Shown here piece after piece: positions 1-10,916 of a stretch of DNA of 64,000 bases; positions within the stretch are counted from its first letter, which is position 1, and the number at the start of each line of letters is the position of its first letter. Under the pieces are notes generated by a model. That model was not told where the DNA came from, made no database searches, and saw only the letters and a program-made list of their open reading frames with translations. Source of the DNA: an uncultured Planctomycetaceae bacterium (GTDB lineage: Bacteria > Planctomycetota > Planctomycetia > Isosphaerales > Isosphaeraceae); the NCBI GenBank assembly GCA_963833985.1, contig CAWIAD010000002.1, positions 3,488,001 through 3,552,000 on the forward strand. Direction: 5' to 3'. Made by a program: the position numbers and the translations under genes.

Positions 1-35
1 GACACTCCTGCTTTCCCCTGGCGAGGCAACGAACG

Positions 36-731
36 ATGAGCACCCTGATCCGCACGACGGCCGCGTCGATCGCCTTCCTGTTCCTGTCGCTGGGTTCCGC
101 GCAGGCGGGCCCGCCGCAAGGGTCAACCACCTCGTCGAGCGGCTGGCGTGCCCTGTTCGACGGCCGCAGCCTGGACGGCTGGGAGCACGTCGGGCCTGGC
201 AAGTTCGTCATCGAGGATGGCGTGCTGCGTACCGAAGGGGGCATGGGCTTGCTCTGGTACACCCGCGAGAAGTTCGGCGACTGCGTGCTCCGCGTCGTGT
301 ACAAGACCGGCGCACCACGCTCCAACTCAGGGGTCTATATCCGGATTGCCGACAAGCCCGGGGATCCCTGGTATGCCGTGCACCACGGCTTCGAGGTCCA
401 GATTGCCGACGGCGGCCGCTCCCGGCGCGGGACCGGCTCCATCTACACGTTCGCGGACACCGCGGCCCAGCCCGCCAGGGCCGGCGAGTGGAACACCCTG
501 GAAATCACCCTCAAGGGAAACCAGATCCGCACCGCGATCAACGGCGTGGCCGTGTCCGAGTTCGACTCCAGCGCGCTCAAGCCCCAGCCCACCGAGGCCA
601 CCGGCGAGGGGGACCCCGCACGCGGACCGCGGCCTCCCTCGGGCTACATCGGCCTCCAGAACCACGACGCCAGCTCGGTGGTCCTCTTCAAGGAGGTTTC
701 CGTGCGGCCGCTGGCATCGCCGGCACCGTAG
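36..731 (+). CDS. DUF1080 (3-keto-disaccharide hydrolase family) secreted protein
   Basis: Signal peptide; motifs LFDGRSLDGW, NSGVY, GFEVQI, GEWN, GYIGLQNH, FKEVSVR; RBS gagg upstream. Confidence 0.9.
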   Translation: MSTLIRTTAASIAFLFLSLGSAQAGPPQGSTTSSSGWRALFDGRSLDGWEHVGPGKFVIEDGVLRTEGGMGLLWYTREKFGDCVLRVVYKTGAPRSNSGVYIRIADKPGDPWYAVHHGFEVQIADGGRSRRGTGSIYTFADTAAQPARAGEWNTLEITLKGNQIRTAINGVAVSEFDSSALKPQPTEATGEGDPARGPRPPSGYIGLQNHDASSVVLFKEVSVRPLASPAP

Positions 732-765
732 CGGCCCGTTGCAGGAACAGCCGCAATGGCCGATC

Positions 766-2409
766 TCATCGGCCTTGCGCCCGCGACAGAGCGTACTTGC
801 TGACCTGAAGGTTGTCTTGCAGCGTTTGCTGCCAGTCCTTGTCGTAGAGGTTGGCGTTCTGGCCCTCGACGGGCAGGGCTGGCAGCCACAATTGCGGTTG
901 CTGTTGCTGGAGCTTCTGGAGGGACACGACGTAGGCGTGCACGTCGGCTTGTCCATTCAGAAAGTCCACGGTCAGCGACTCTGAGACGCGCGGATTGATC
1001 TTGAGCGGTATCCGGCCCGTGAACAGGACGCTGTGGCCCGCGAGCTGCACCTGGTAGGCGGCCTGAGCCAGGCCACGTCCTGCCACGGGAATGGAGACAA
1101 TCGCCGGCCATGAGGCCCGCGGCAGGTCCTCCGAGGACAGCAGCACGGTGCCGGAGGCACAGCGCTGCCGGAGCCGGGCCAGGCCCTCTGGCGCGGCCGC
1201 AACCTGGGGATGCCAGGTGGCGATCAGCTCGTTCAAACCTGCCGTGGAATCAGGATCACACGAGGTCAGGAGCACCCCCGCGGGTGCGATGGGCTCTCGT
1301 CCCAAGCCTCTCAGGCCGGCCTTCACGAACCCGGCCAGGCCCGGCCCGCCGGGAGCATTCACCAGGAACCACCGCGACGAGGCGAAGAAACCGTAAACGG
1401 CCGTCCCCTGAAAATCACCCAGGTAGTACAGGTCGGCAAGAAGCCGCTTGGGCGCGGCGTCCAGAAAGTCCGCTCCGTCGGCCTCGAAGCGCGCCAGTAA
1501 CACCTCCATCTCGCGAATCCCCACGTCCATCAGCGCGGTCCAGCGGTCCTGGGTAAAGCAGGGACTCTGCGGCAAGACGTCCGACGCGGGGTGGCCGGGA
1601 AGCACAAGGTCCGGCGCTTCCATCGCACGCAGCTTGCGCAGGGACGCAAGCATGTCGCGGGCACTTCCCCGGTAGCGGGGCGGCAGGTAGGGCGAGTACG
1701 TTCCCAGCCGCTTCCGCAACGGAAGCGTGGTGTTTTCATCGCCGGCGAGCATCATGATCACATCCCCGGCGAAGAGCACGCGAAGTCCCTGCCGTTCCAG
1801 GAGATAACAGGTGGTTCCCGGTGTATGTCCGGGCGCGGAGATGCACTGAATGCGCACATCTCCAAAAGTCAATGTCTCGCCCCCATTGAGGGCGACGTCG
1901 ATGGTCGTCGGGTGGGGCGCGTCGTGGGGCATGTGGAAGATACTGAAGAAAGCCACACGCGGCGTTCCGGCCCTGAGAATCGCGGCGTCGCCATCCCCGG
2001 CATAGACTCTTGCTCCCGTCGCCCCCCGTAATGATTCCGCACCCCCGCAGTGGTCGGCGTGCACGTGCGTGATCAGGATCGCACGCATTCTTCTCCAGTT
2101 CAGGCCCAGTTCGGCCAGCTCGGACTTGAGCAATCCGGCGTCGCTCTGAAGTCCGGCATCGATCAGCACCAGGCCCTCGGACGTGTCGACCGCATACGCG
2201 GCAGACGGCGCCAGACCGCCGAGCAAGTACACGCCCGGCACGATCCTCATGGGAACCCGACGCAGGGGCGGCACGCCGCCCGCCCGGCACGGGAAGCGAC
2301 GGCCCGTGAAGTACCCGAGCAAGAGCACAAGGAACACGAGCCCCATCAACAGGGCCGCAACACGGCGGGTACGCCGTGCAAGAATCAGCGAGGTCCATGT
2401 TTCCAGCAT
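766..2409 (-). CDS. Membrane-anchored MBL-fold metallo-hydrolase with a second degenerate MBL domain
   Basis: THVHADH, PGHT, AGD and PGH metal motifs; N-terminal TM helix; start uncertain (2409 or 2418). Confidence 0.8.
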   Translation of the reverse strand: MLETWTSLILARRTRRVAALLMGLVFLVLLLGYFTGRRFPCRAGGVPPLRRVPMRIVPGVYLLGGLAPSAAYAVDTSEGLVLIDAGLQSDAGLLKSELAELGLNWRRMRAILITHVHADHCGGAESLRGATGARVYAGDGDAAILRAGTPRVAFFSIFHMPHDAPHPTTIDVALNGGETLTFGDVRIQCISAPGHTPGTTCYLLERQGLRVLFAGDVIMMLAGDENTTLPLRKRLGTYSPYLPPRYRGSARDMLASLRKLRAMEAPDLVLPGHPASDVLPQSPCFTQDRWTALMDVGIREMEVLLARFEADGADFLDAAPKRLLADLYYLGDFQGTAVYGFFASSRWFLVNAPGGPGLAGFVKAGLRGLGREPIAPAGVLLTSCDPDSTAGLNELIATWHPQVAAAPEGLARLRQRCASGTVLLSSEDLPRASWPAIVSIPVAGRGLAQAAYQVQLAGHSVLFTGRIPLKINPRVSESLTVDFLNGQADVHAYVVSLQKLQQQQPQLWLPALPVEGQNANLYDKDWQQTLQDNLQVSKYALSRAQGR

Positions 2410-2595
2410 GTCAGCCACCGCAGGTCGGTCGAGAGTGAGTCCGAATCAATTAAAATATGCCAGGAACGCGGCGCGTCTGATAGACTGTGATGCCGGGCGG
2501 AAGTCCCATCCCGCGTGGATTGGCAGAAAGTTCCAGAGGACGGCGCGTCGCCCTCCTCCGGGAAATCAAACGGCCGCGGTCGGAGGCCTGGTCGC

Positions 2596-3486
2596 GTGAC
2601 CTTGCTGGAAACACACTTGCAGGGAATTCCCAGGCATCAGGGGAAGGTCCGCGACATTTACGACCTCGGTGACCGGCTGCTCCTGGTCGCCACCGATCGC
2701 CTCAGCGCCTTCGACTGGGTGCTGCCGAACGGGATCCCGGACAAGGGACGCGTGCTCACGGGCCTGAGTGCGTTCTGGTTCGGGTTCCTCGGCGTGCCGC
2801 ATCATGTCGTCTCGATGGACGTCGATCAGCTCGGCATCGACCTCGACGCCGAAACACGCGCGTCGCTGCGCGGTCGCTCGATGCTCGTACGCAAGGCGCG
2901 GGTGGTGCCGTTCGAGTGCGTCGTGCGGGGCTACCTGGCCGGGAGCGGCTGGAAAGAATATCGCGCCAAGCGCTCGATTTGCGGCATCCCCCTTCCGGAA
3001 GGCCTGGTCGAGAGCGACCGCATCGAGCCGATCTTTACTCCGGCCACCAAGGCGACGAGCGGCCACGACGAGAATGTCTCCTTCGAGGTGATGGCCGGCG
3101 CCGTGGGCAGAGAGACCGCCGAGACCCTCCGCGTGCTCAGCCTCGAAGTCTACACCAGGGCCGCGGTGCACGCCCGGCAGCAGGGGCTGATCCTCGCCGA
3201 CACCAAGTTCGAGTGGGGGTTCGACGACCGCACCGGGGAGCTGCTGCTGGTCGACGAGGTGCTCACGCCCGACAGCTCGCGCTACTGGTCGCTCGACTCA
3301 TACCGCCCCGGCGGATCGCAGCCCTCGTTCGACAAACAATTCGTGCGCGACTGGCTGGAAACCACGAGCTGGGACAAGGCCAGCCCGCCGCCCGCTCTCC
3401 CCGATGACGTGGTCGCTGGCACACGGCTGCGGTACATTGAAGCCTACGAGCGCGTGACCGGCCAGGCGTTTCCCGGGAATGCCTGA
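2596..3486 (+). CDS. purC: Phosphoribosylaminoimidazole-succinocarboxamide synthase
   Basis: [59 protein letters not shown] start at 2596 after ggagg. Confidence 0.96.
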   Translation: MTLLETHLQGIPRHQGKVRDIYDLGDRLLLVATDRLSAFDWVLPNGIPDKGRVLTGLSAFWFGFLGVPHHVVSMDVDQLGIDLDAETRASLRGRSMLVRKARVVPFECVVRGYLAGSGWKEYRAKRSICGIPLPEGLVESDRIEPIFTPATKATSGHDENVSFEVMAGAVGRETAETLRVLSLEVYTRAAVHARQQGLILADTKFEWGFDDRTGELLLVDEVLTPDSSRYWSLDSYRPGGSQPSFDKQFVRDWLETTSWDKASPPPALPDDVVAGTRLRYIEAYERVTGQAFPGNA

Positions 3487-3536
3487 CCTTGCCGGGGCCG
3501 CCATCGTCTCCTCGAGCTCCCGGCTGGACTGGCGCC

Positions 3537-4697
3537 ATGCTTCGCTACCTGACCTCCGGTGAATCGCACGGCCTGGCGCTGACGGCCATCGTCGAGGGTT
3601 TCCCCTCCGGCGTGACGCTCGATACGGCGGTGATCGACCGCGAGCTGGCCCGCCGGCAGGGCGGTTACGGGCGGGGCAAGCGGCAGAAGCTCGAAACCGA
3701 CCGCATCATCGTCGATGCGGGCGTCTACCACGGCGTGACAACCGGCGGTCCCATGACGCTGCGGCTCGTGAACAACGACGCCAAGCTGGAGCGCCTGGCC
3801 GAGCCGGCAGCGCCCCGGGGCGGCCACATCGACCTCGCCGGCGCCATCAACTACCAGACCGGCATCCGCCAGGTGCTGGAGCGCGCCAGCGCCCGCGAGA
3901 CGGCCATGCGCGTGGCCGTGGGAGGGCTTGCCAGGCTCCTGCTGCGCGAGCTGGGCATCTCCGTCTTCGGCTACGTGGTCGAGATCGGCGGCGTGGCGGC
4001 CCCGCCGGTTTCCCACGACATGGCCCTGCGCGACGTCAGCCCGGTGTACACCCTGAACCCCCAGGCCGACGCGGCGATCGTCGCGGCCATCGACGCCGCC
4101 CAGGCGGCCGGCGACACCCTGGGCGGCGTGATGGAGGCGGTCGTCACCGGCTGTCCGATCGGCCTGGGCAGCCACGTTCAGTGGGACCGCAAGCTGGATG
4201 CCCGGCTGGCGGCCGCGGTGATGAGCATCCAGGCAATCAAGGGCGTGGAGATCGGCCTGGGCTTCGAGGCCGCGCGCCGGCCTGGCTCGCGGGTGATGGA
4301 CCCGTACGCTTACGAGCCCGACCATCCGGACAACGACCGCCGGTTCGGCTTTCGCCGCCCCACGAACAACGCTGGCGGCATCGAAGGGGGAACGTCCAAC
4401 GGCGAGCCGATCGTCATCCGCGCCGCCAAGAAGCCCATCAGCACCCTGGCCGCGCGCGGGCCGTCGGTGAACATGGCCACCAAGGCGCCCGCCCCGGCCG
4501 CGTATGAGCGATCCGACGTCTGCGCTGTGCCGGCCGCGAGCGTGATCGTGGAAAATGTGGTCGCGTTCGAGATCGCAGCCGCAATCGTCGAGAAATATGT
4601 CGGCACCAGCCTCGATGCGATCCGCACGGCAATGTCCGCCATGCACGAGCTGAACCGCGAGCGCCTGTCCCACTGGTCCGATCAGATCGGGGTGTGA
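3537..4697 (+). CDS. aroC: Chorismate synthase
   Basis: MLRYLTSGESHG, RRQGGYGRG, ERASARETA, NNAGGIEGG, ERSDVCAVPAA. Confidence 0.96.
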   Translation: MLRYLTSGESHGLALTAIVEGFPSGVTLDTAVIDRELARRQGGYGRGKRQKLETDRIIVDAGVYHGVTTGGPMTLRLVNNDAKLERLAEPAAPRGGHIDLAGAINYQTGIRQVLERASARETAMRVAVGGLARLLLRELGISVFGYVVEIGGVAAPPVSHDMALRDVSPVYTLNPQADAAIVAAIDAAQAAGDTLGGVMEAVVTGCPIGLGSHVQWDRKLDARLAAAVMSIQAIKGVEIGLGFEAARRPGSRVMDPYAYEPDHPDNDRRFGFRRPTNNAGGIEGGTSNGEPIVIRAAKKPISTLAARGPSVNMATKAPAPAAYERSDVCAVPAASVIVENVVAFEIAAAIVEKYVGTSLDAIRTAMSAMHELNRERLSHWSDQIGV

Positions 4698-4855
4698 CCG
4701 GGCCTCCGGTCAGGCACGCATTCTCGACCTGGGGGCGAGGCGCTCGGGGCATCGGCCTTCGATCAGTTCACGGCCGCCCTTAAAAAGTAACTGGCTCAGT
4801 TCCCCCGGCCCTGAGGGCGGAGACTGGCGCCCCGCCAGGTCCGGCAAGCCACGAG

Positions 4856-5047
4856 CTACCTGTCCGTGGCTCTGCCGATGATGTACCCGAGAACGGCGCC
4901 GACGGTGAGGCCGCCCAGAATGTGACCGACCGCCTGTTGCATCTGGGCGGTGACGGTGAAGTCATAGCGCTGAGCCGCCGTGATGGCCGCGAATACGACT
5001 CCGATGAGCCCACCGATCCCGGCGAATGACTGAGGCTTGTTCCTCAT
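4856..5047 (-). CDS. Small two-helix membrane protein
   Basis: MRNKPQSFAGIGGLIGVVFAA...GAVLGYIIG; two hydrophobic glycine-zipper segments. Confidence 0.55.
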   Translation of the reverse strand: MRNKPQSFAGIGGLIGVVFAAITAAQRYDFTVTAQMQQAVGHILGGLTVGAVLGYIIGRATDR

Positions 5048-5364
5048 CAATTCGATCCCCCGGCGAGGCCGTTTACGAACGCGGAGCCTCGGCGGTTCCC
5101 AACGCCGTTTACCTGAGGCTTCTTCACGCATCCGACCCGAGCCGCCCCGCCCATCCGGGGCGACATGATACACGAAGAGTCACCGATGCGACATGATGTT
5201 CTGGACGGTAAGATATCATGACGCTCGAAACCTCTCAGAGACCACGCCAACGGTCGATCCTTGATAGGCTCGCACGCTGGCCCAGCTCAGCTTTCGCCCC
5301 TGAAGCTTCGTATCGATCCCGCGCGTCGACTCGCTCGATCGCTCGAGCTCGATACCAAGTCTCA

Positions 5365-5393
5365 TTGAGCGAAAAAGCGGTTTGATCTATTCT
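5365..5393 (+). promoter_or_regulatory. Candidate sigma70 promoter TTGAGC-N17-TATTCT
   Basis: 17-bp spacer; lies upstream of the ORF at 5467. Confidence 0.5.
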
Positions 5394-5466
5394 GCACTGC
5401 GCAGACGTTTCATGACCGAGGACTCTTGCTCTCCTCTGTAAAGATGGAGAGACCAGGGAGGCAAGG

Positions 5467-6801
5467 ATGTTTCCCTTGACCCGGCCCGTCCGCCAGGGGC
5501 TGGCGACAGCGGTGCTCATCGCGTTCACCGTGGTTCCTGTGGGACTGGTCGCCGCTTATGCGTGGCGTATCAATCGTCCCGGGCACATTCGCGACGTCGA
5601 GATTGAGCTTGGCCGCCAGCTCGGCCTCCAGGTCACGCTGGACGCGGTCCGTTATCCCAGGCCGGGCGAGGTGGTTTACCTCGGTATTGTGCTGCGGCAG
5701 GAGGAGCCGCGCAAGAAGGGGCTCGTGGAGATTGCCCGCGCCGGGGTGGTCCGGGCGGTGCGCGCTGACCGTGAGCTCACGCTGCACGTCGAGAACCTGA
5801 AGCTGAGCGGGGAGAGCCCCAGGCAGGCCCTGGCGCAGGTCGGCACGCTCCTGCAAAGGTCCGGCACGCTGCCGTTCGAGCGGGTCAACCTCGCGGCCCC
5901 CGTCTGCGAGCTCGACCTGGGGCATGAGACGCTGCGTTATGGCCTCAGCGAGCTGGCCGGCGAATTCGTGGCCGACCCGGCGCACCCCACGTTTCGTCTG
6001 GCGTACCGCCTTGCCGAGCCCGGCTGCCCGGCGCATTGCGAGCTGGTCCTGAAGCGAGATCGTGACGCCAGCCCCGTGCGCACCCTGCTGGTGCTCAAGA
6101 CGCTGGAAGGGCTGCCGCTGCCGGCCCGGGTGCTCGGTGTCTTCTTCGACGCCGCCGACTGGCTTGGCCCAGGCGCACAGGTGGAGGGCACACTGGCCCT
6201 GTCACAGGCGGGAGGAAGTGACTGGGACGCCGAGTTCCAGGGAAGCCTGATCGATCTGGATCTCTCCAGCCTGGTCGGCAAGAGGTTTCCCCGGCATCAC
6301 CTTGCAGGCACGGCGCGTCTGGTCGTGGAGCAGGCGCGCTGGGGCGACCGGCCGGGCCAGGGCCCAGGCTGGCGCGAGGTTAGCGGAGAGCTGACCGCGG
6401 GCCGGGGGAGTATTGGCGTGAGCCTGGTCCAGGCGCTTTCCCGCGAGATGAAGTTCCGCCTCGCTCCGCGCACCGCGCGGATCGACCCGAACAGGACGGA
6501 CATCGACTTCCTGTCGCTCGGCCTTGGCTTCGCCATGGAGTCCAGCGGGGAGATCCAGATCAGCGGGGCGCTGGGGCACCAGGTGAGCCCGGGTACGGTG
6601 CTCGCCGGCGCGACGGCGCCTCTGGTCTTCGCACCCGCAGGTACCGCCAGCGTTCACGGGCTGATCAAGACGCTCTTCCCCGTGGCAGACTCCGCGCCCG
6701 GGAGCATGGTGCCGCTGACCTCGGAATCGCGGCTCTTGCTCTGCCTTCCCCTCGCCCCCGAGATTGCCGCGAAACCTGGCCGCAGGCTGGGAAGCAACTG
6801 A
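5467..6801 (+). CDS. Hypothetical protein with N-terminal membrane anchor
   Basis: 444-aa ORF, RBS ggagg, TM helix near the N-terminus. Confidence 0.75.
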   Translation: MFPLTRPVRQGLATAVLIAFTVVPVGLVAAYAWRINRPGHIRDVEIELGRQLGLQVTLDAVRYPRPGEVVYLGIVLRQEEPRKKGLVEIARAGVVRAVRADRELTLHVENLKLSGESPRQALAQVGTLLQRSGTLPFERVNLAAPVCELDLGHETLRYGLSELAGEFVADPAHPTFRLAYRLAEPGCPAHCELVLKRDRDASPVRTLLVLKTLEGLPLPARVLGVFFDAADWLGPGAQVEGTLALSQAGGSDWDAEFQGSLIDLDLSSLVGKRFPRHHLAGTARLVVEQARWGDRPGQGPGWREVSGELTAGRGSIGVSLVQALSREMKFRLAPRTARIDPNRTDIDFLSLGLGFAMESSGEIQISGALGHQVSPGTVLAGATAPLVFAPAGTASVHGLIKTLFPVADSAPGSMVPLTSESRLLLCLPLAPEIAAKPGRRLGSN

Positions 6802-6856
6802 GCGGCTTGAGGACGAGCGCCGGGTGCGGTTGTTTCCAGGGCCGGCGCCCTTGGAC

Positions 6857-7933
6857 TCACTCTTCGGCCTCGGCTTCGGGGGCCCCATTGCCGTTGAGCG
6901 CCGGCGCGGGGCCGGTCCGGGTGGTGATGATCCGGGCGGCGATGTCGTCGGCAAGCTCCGGGTTGTCGCGCAGGTACTGCTTGGCGTTCTCCCGTCCCTG
7001 GCCCAGCCGCAGCTCGCCGTAGTTGAACCACGAGCCCGACTTCTCGACGAGCTTGTCGGCAATGGCCAGGTCGAGGATGTCTCCCTCGCGGGAGATGCCG
7101 TGGGTGTACATCATGTCGAACTCGCACACGCGGAACGGCGGCGCGACCTTGTTCTTGACCACCTTCACCTTGACCCGCGAGCCGGTGACCTCCTCGCCAT
7201 CCTTGACCGGCCCGATCCGCCGCACGTCCACGCGGGCCGAGCTGTAGAACTTCAGGGCCCGGCCGCCGGGGGTGGTCTCCGGGCTGCCGAACATCACACC
7301 GATCTTCTCGCGGATCTGGTTGATGAAGATCAGTATGCACTTAGAGCGCGACACGCCCCCGGTCAGCTTGCGCAGGGCCTGGCTCATGAGCCGCGCCTGC
7401 AATCCAACATGCGAGTCGCCGATCTCACCCTCGATCTCGGCCCGGGGCACCAGGGCGGCCACCGAGTCGATCACCACGATGTCGACCGCGTTCGAGAGCA
7501 CGAGCATCTCGGCGATCTGGAGCGCCTCCTCGGCACTGCTGGGCTGGCTCACCAGGAGCGATTCGATATCGACCCCCAGCCGCTTGCACCACGACGGGTC
7601 CAGGGCGTGCTCGGCGTCGATGAACGCGGCCACCCCGCCGTTCCGCTGGGCGTTGGCCACGGCGTGCAGCGCGATGGTCGTCTTGCCGCTGGATTCCGGC
7701 CCGAACAGTTCGACAATGCGCCCGCGCGCGAAGCCCTTTCCTCCCAGGGCCAGGTCGAGCGACAGCGCCCCGCTCGAGATCCCCTCCACCTCGAGATGGC
7801 TGCCTTCCCCCAGCTTCATGATCGCGCCGGCCCCGAACGTCTTCTCGATCTGGCCGATCGCGTTGTTCAGGGCTTTCATCTCCGCCGACATGGCGGCCGG
7901 CTTGACCTCGGTGGTTCCTTGTCGCTTGGCCAC
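6857..7933 (-). CDS. recA: Recombinase A
   Basis: [49 protein letters not shown] start with AAGGAG. Confidence 0.98.
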   Translation of the reverse strand: MAKRQGTTEVKPAAMSAEMKALNNAIGQIEKTFGAGAIMKLGEGSHLEVEGISSGALSLDLALGGKGFARGRIVELFGPESSGKTTIALHAVANAQRNGGVAAFIDAEHALDPSWCKRLGVDIESLLVSQPSSAEEALQIAEMLVLSNAVDIVVIDSVAALVPRAEIEGEIGDSHVGLQARLMSQALRKLTGGVSRSKCILIFINQIREKIGVMFGSPETTPGGRALKFYSSARVDVRRIGPVKDGEEVTGSRVKVKVVKNKVAPPFRVCEFDMMYTHGISREGDILDLAIADKLVEKSGSWFNYGELRLGQGRENAKQYLRDNPELADDIAARIITTRTGPAPALNGNGAPEAEAEE

Positions 7934-7961
7934 GACACTCGCTCCTTCTCTCGGGTCTTTC

Positions 7962-8006
7962 TGTACGTTAGATCACTATCTTACTTGGTGTTTCGGTTCC
8001 GGTCAA
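7962..8006 (-). promoter_or_regulatory. recA sigma70 promoter (TTGACC-N17-TAAGAT) with adjacent candidate LexA operator
   Basis: -35 at 8001-8006, -10 at 7978-7983; imperfect palindrome TGTAC-N4-GATCA at 7962-7975. Confidence 0.6.
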
Positions 8007-8606
8007 GATGTTGCTCGAGCTTTTTTCCCCGCAGCGGAGCGCTTGCAAGTTGGACGTAGTGCGGACCTTCGGGAGCGAGCGTGGAGGCGAACGTGACGAT
8101 TTCGGTGACGCGGAAGGGTGGGGCGGACCAGTTCGTACGGGAGCCCAGCAGTTCGGTCAGGTCGATGACGGGCGCCTGGCGCCGTTCCTGGCGAATCCGT
8201 CCCAGGGTCACGTGGGGTGTGAAGTGCCGTTCATCGGGCCGGTAGCCGGCCGCGGTCACGGCGCGGGCGACGGCTTCCTGAAGCTCGTGGAGAGAGGGTC
8301 CGGCCACCGTAGCCAGCCCGACCCAGAGCACGCGCGGCCGCGCGGCGCGGGGAAGGCCCCCACGCCTTGCGGCTTCAGCTCCAGCGGGGCGAAGGGTTCG
8401 CAGGCCGCCGCCACGGCCTTGCACACGCGGTTCAGGTCGATGTCCTGCACATCGCCCAGGAAGGCGAGCGTCATGTGGAAGGGGAGGGCTGTCGACCAGC
8501 GCGCGGCCGGAACCCTGGGGGCGAGTGCCGACTGCAATCGGGTGAGTTGCTCACCGGTGGAAGCGGGTAGCGGGATCGCGACGAATGTTCGAGTGCTTCT
8601 GGCCAT
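7981..8606 (-). CDS. thpR: RNA 2',3'-cyclic phosphodiesterase (2H family), split by a frameshift near 8349
   Basis: RTFVAI, HMTLAF and PHVTLGR 2H motifs in two frames; GAFP joins ARPRVLWVG; usual position upstream of recA. Confidence 0.88.
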
Positions 8607-8661
8607 GAGCGGCGAACCAGGCTGCCGGTCAAAACGGCGCTGAGGCGAGACGCGAGACGCG

Positions 8662-9114
8662 TCATTGAGCTGGGATACCCTCGATGGTGAATTCCTCGCC
8701 AATCCGGTCGCGCAGCCGGCTCAGAGGCGTTGAGGCTGTCTCGTCGTCCATGTATTTGAGGACTTCATTGGGCTTGATTTGAATGATCAGCTTCAAGCCA
8801 TTCCTGTGCATGTCACGGGGGTCATAGTCGGCAACCAGAAAGCCCGACATCGGGTTTCCCTGCTGCGTGAACGCCAGGGAGAGCGTGCCTTTTCCGGTCC
8901 CGGTCATACCGACGTTCCGGGTCTCACCGGGCGCCAGATGGCCCGCGCCGATGCGGCTCCCCTCGAAGGAGACCACCAGGTCGTTGATGGGCGTCTGGCC
9001 CATGTTGGTGATCTCCACGCTCGTCCTGACGGAGTCGGAGAGCCGCACCACGGCCTCGATTCCGACGGCGAGAACGACGGCAACGATCAGGCAGATCCGG
9101 ACTCGGCGCGACAT
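8662..9114 (-). CDS. Hypothetical exported or membrane-anchored protein
   Basis: 150 aa, N-terminal hydrophobic helix, RBS ggagg. Confidence 0.7.
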   Translation of the reverse strand: MSRRVRICLIVAVVLAVGIEAVVRLSDSVRTSVEITNMGQTPINDLVVSFEGSRIGAGHLAPGETRNVGMTGTGKGTLSLAFTQQGNPMSGFLVADYDPRDMHRNGLKLIIQIKPNEVLKYMDDETASTPLSRLRDRIGEEFTIEGIPAQ

Positions 9115-9206
9115 CCCAGGTCCCTCCAGTTTGACTTCTACAACAGGATCGCTCCGCGCAGGGCTGAGAGCAAGATGAAACCTGGAGCGGGGCGCGGAAA
9201 CCGCGG

Positions 9207-9858
9207 CTACCGCGCCAGGCCGGCGCGGAGGATCCGCAGGTAGTTCGAGCGGGCGATCGGCCGCGCACCCAGGCTCAGCATGTGGCTGCTGGGGACCTGG
9301 CAGTCGATGAGTACGGTCCCCTCCGAATCCAGCCGGCGCACCAGGGCCGCGAGCGCCACCTTCGAGGCATCGCTCTGGAGATGAAACATCGATTCACCGC
9401 AGAAGCAAGAGCCAGTGCGCACGCCGTAGATCCCGCCCACGAGGCTCCCCTCACGCCAGCTTTCCATGCTCTGCGCGTGGCCCAGTTCGTGCAGCCGGAT
9501 GTAGGCGCGCTGCATCTCGCGGGTGATCCAGGTTCCGTCCTCATGTTTTCGCGGCACCTGCGCAGGCCTCGATGACGCGGGCGAACGCGGTGTTGTACCG
9601 GGTCTCGAAGCGGCCCTGCTCGATCGTGCGTTTCAGCCTGCGCGAGAGCCGCAGCTCACCGGGGAAGAGGACGAAGCGTGGATCCGGCGACCACCAGAGG
9701 ATCGGTCCTCCCGCCTCGTACCAGGGGAAGATGCCCTCGCGATAGGCGGCCAGCAGCCGGTCCGGTTCGAGATCGCCGCCCATGGCCAGCAAGCCGTCCG
9801 GCTCGGCCAGGCCGGGGGGAGGGAAGACCGGTTCGGGGCCCAGGCGGAAGACCGGCAT
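9207..9858 (-). CDS. aat: Leucyl/phenylalanyl-tRNA-protein transferase, frameshift near 9560
   Basis: [26 protein letters not shown] in one frame; [26 protein letters not shown] in the next. Confidence 0.92.
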
Positions 9859-9909
9859 GGCGGTCCTCGATGTTCGTGAAGCAGCCGCGGCGAACCGCCG
9901 CGGCGAGGC

Positions 9910-10887
9910 TCAGCTCTTGCCGCGGGCTCCCTGCCTGAGCTGCTCGATCTCGGGTGAGGGCCCGTAGTTTTGCAGGTAACGAGCCACGAACTCGTCGATC
10001 GTATACGTGTGCTCCTGGGTTCCAGGATGCTCGATGGCGTGAACCGCGGTCAAGGCCGCCACGCGCCCGACCACGGGCCAGGAGAAGCCGCGGCGCAGGC
10101 CCATCACGAACCCGGCCCGGAAGGCGTCGCCCGCGCCGGTGGGGTCCACCACCTTGGTGGGCTGAGCAGGGGGGATCTCGTGCTCCTGCCCGTCCACCGT
10201 GATCAGCGCTCCGGCCTCGCCGCGGGTCATGACCGTGACCGGCACCAGCCTGCGCAGCTCCGGCTCGGAAAGGCCCATTTTCTCGGCCATGAGGCCGAAC
10301 TCGTAGTCGTTGCCGGCCAGGATTCTGGCCCCCCGGCATCCCTCTTGCAGCTCGGCCCGGTCCATGCGGGGCAACTGCATGGATGGGTCGTACAGATAGG
10401 GAATTCCGGCCGCCGTGCATTCCGCGGCGTAGCGGGCGATCGCCCTGGGGTCGTTCGGGGCGATGATCACCAGGTCCTCAGGCGTCACTTTCAGGTCGTG
10501 CAGCGACACGCTGGCCGCGTGGGCCATCGCTCCGGGATAGAAGGCGCTGATCTGGTTGTCTTGAAGGTCGGTATTGATGAAGCAGGAAGCGGTATGCTCG
10601 CCGCTGATCACCTTGATGGCCGAGGTGTCCACGCCCTTGCCGTCGAGCCAGGCCCGGTAATCGGCGAAGTCGTCGCCCACGGTCCCCACGACCACCGGCC
10701 GTTCGCCCAGGAGGGCCAGGTTGTAGGCGATGTTGGCCGCGGTTCCGCCCCGCCGGCGCGTGAGCGAATCGACCAGGAACGACACGGACAGAACGTGCAT
10801 CCGATCAGGCAGGATGTGGTCGCGGAACCGCCCCGGGAAGACCATGATGTAGTCGTAGGCGATGGAACCACTGACAAAAATGCGCAT
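9910..10887 (-). CDS. PfkB-family carbohydrate/nucleoside kinase (adenosine kinase-like)
   Basis: GSIAYD, GGTAANIAY, NDYE, DPTGAGDAFRAG. Confidence 0.88.
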   Translation of the reverse strand: MRIFVSGSIAYDYIMVFPGRFRDHILPDRMHVLSVSFLVDSLTRRRGGTAANIAYNLALLGERPVVVGTVGDDFADYRAWLDGKGVDTSAIKVISGEHTASCFINTDLQDNQISAFYPGAMAHAASVSLHDLKVTPEDLVIIAPNDPRAIARYAAECTAAGIPYLYDPSMQLPRMDRAELQEGCRGARILAGNDYEFGLMAEKMGLSEPELRRLVPVTVMTRGEAGALITVDGQEHEIPPAQPTKVVDPTGAGDAFRAGFVMGLRRGFSWPVVGRVAALTAVHAIEHPGTQEHTYTIDEFVARYLQNYGPSPEIEQLRQGARGKS

Positions 10888-10916
10888 GGACTGGTCCTTG
10901 AACGTTCCCCTCCGCG

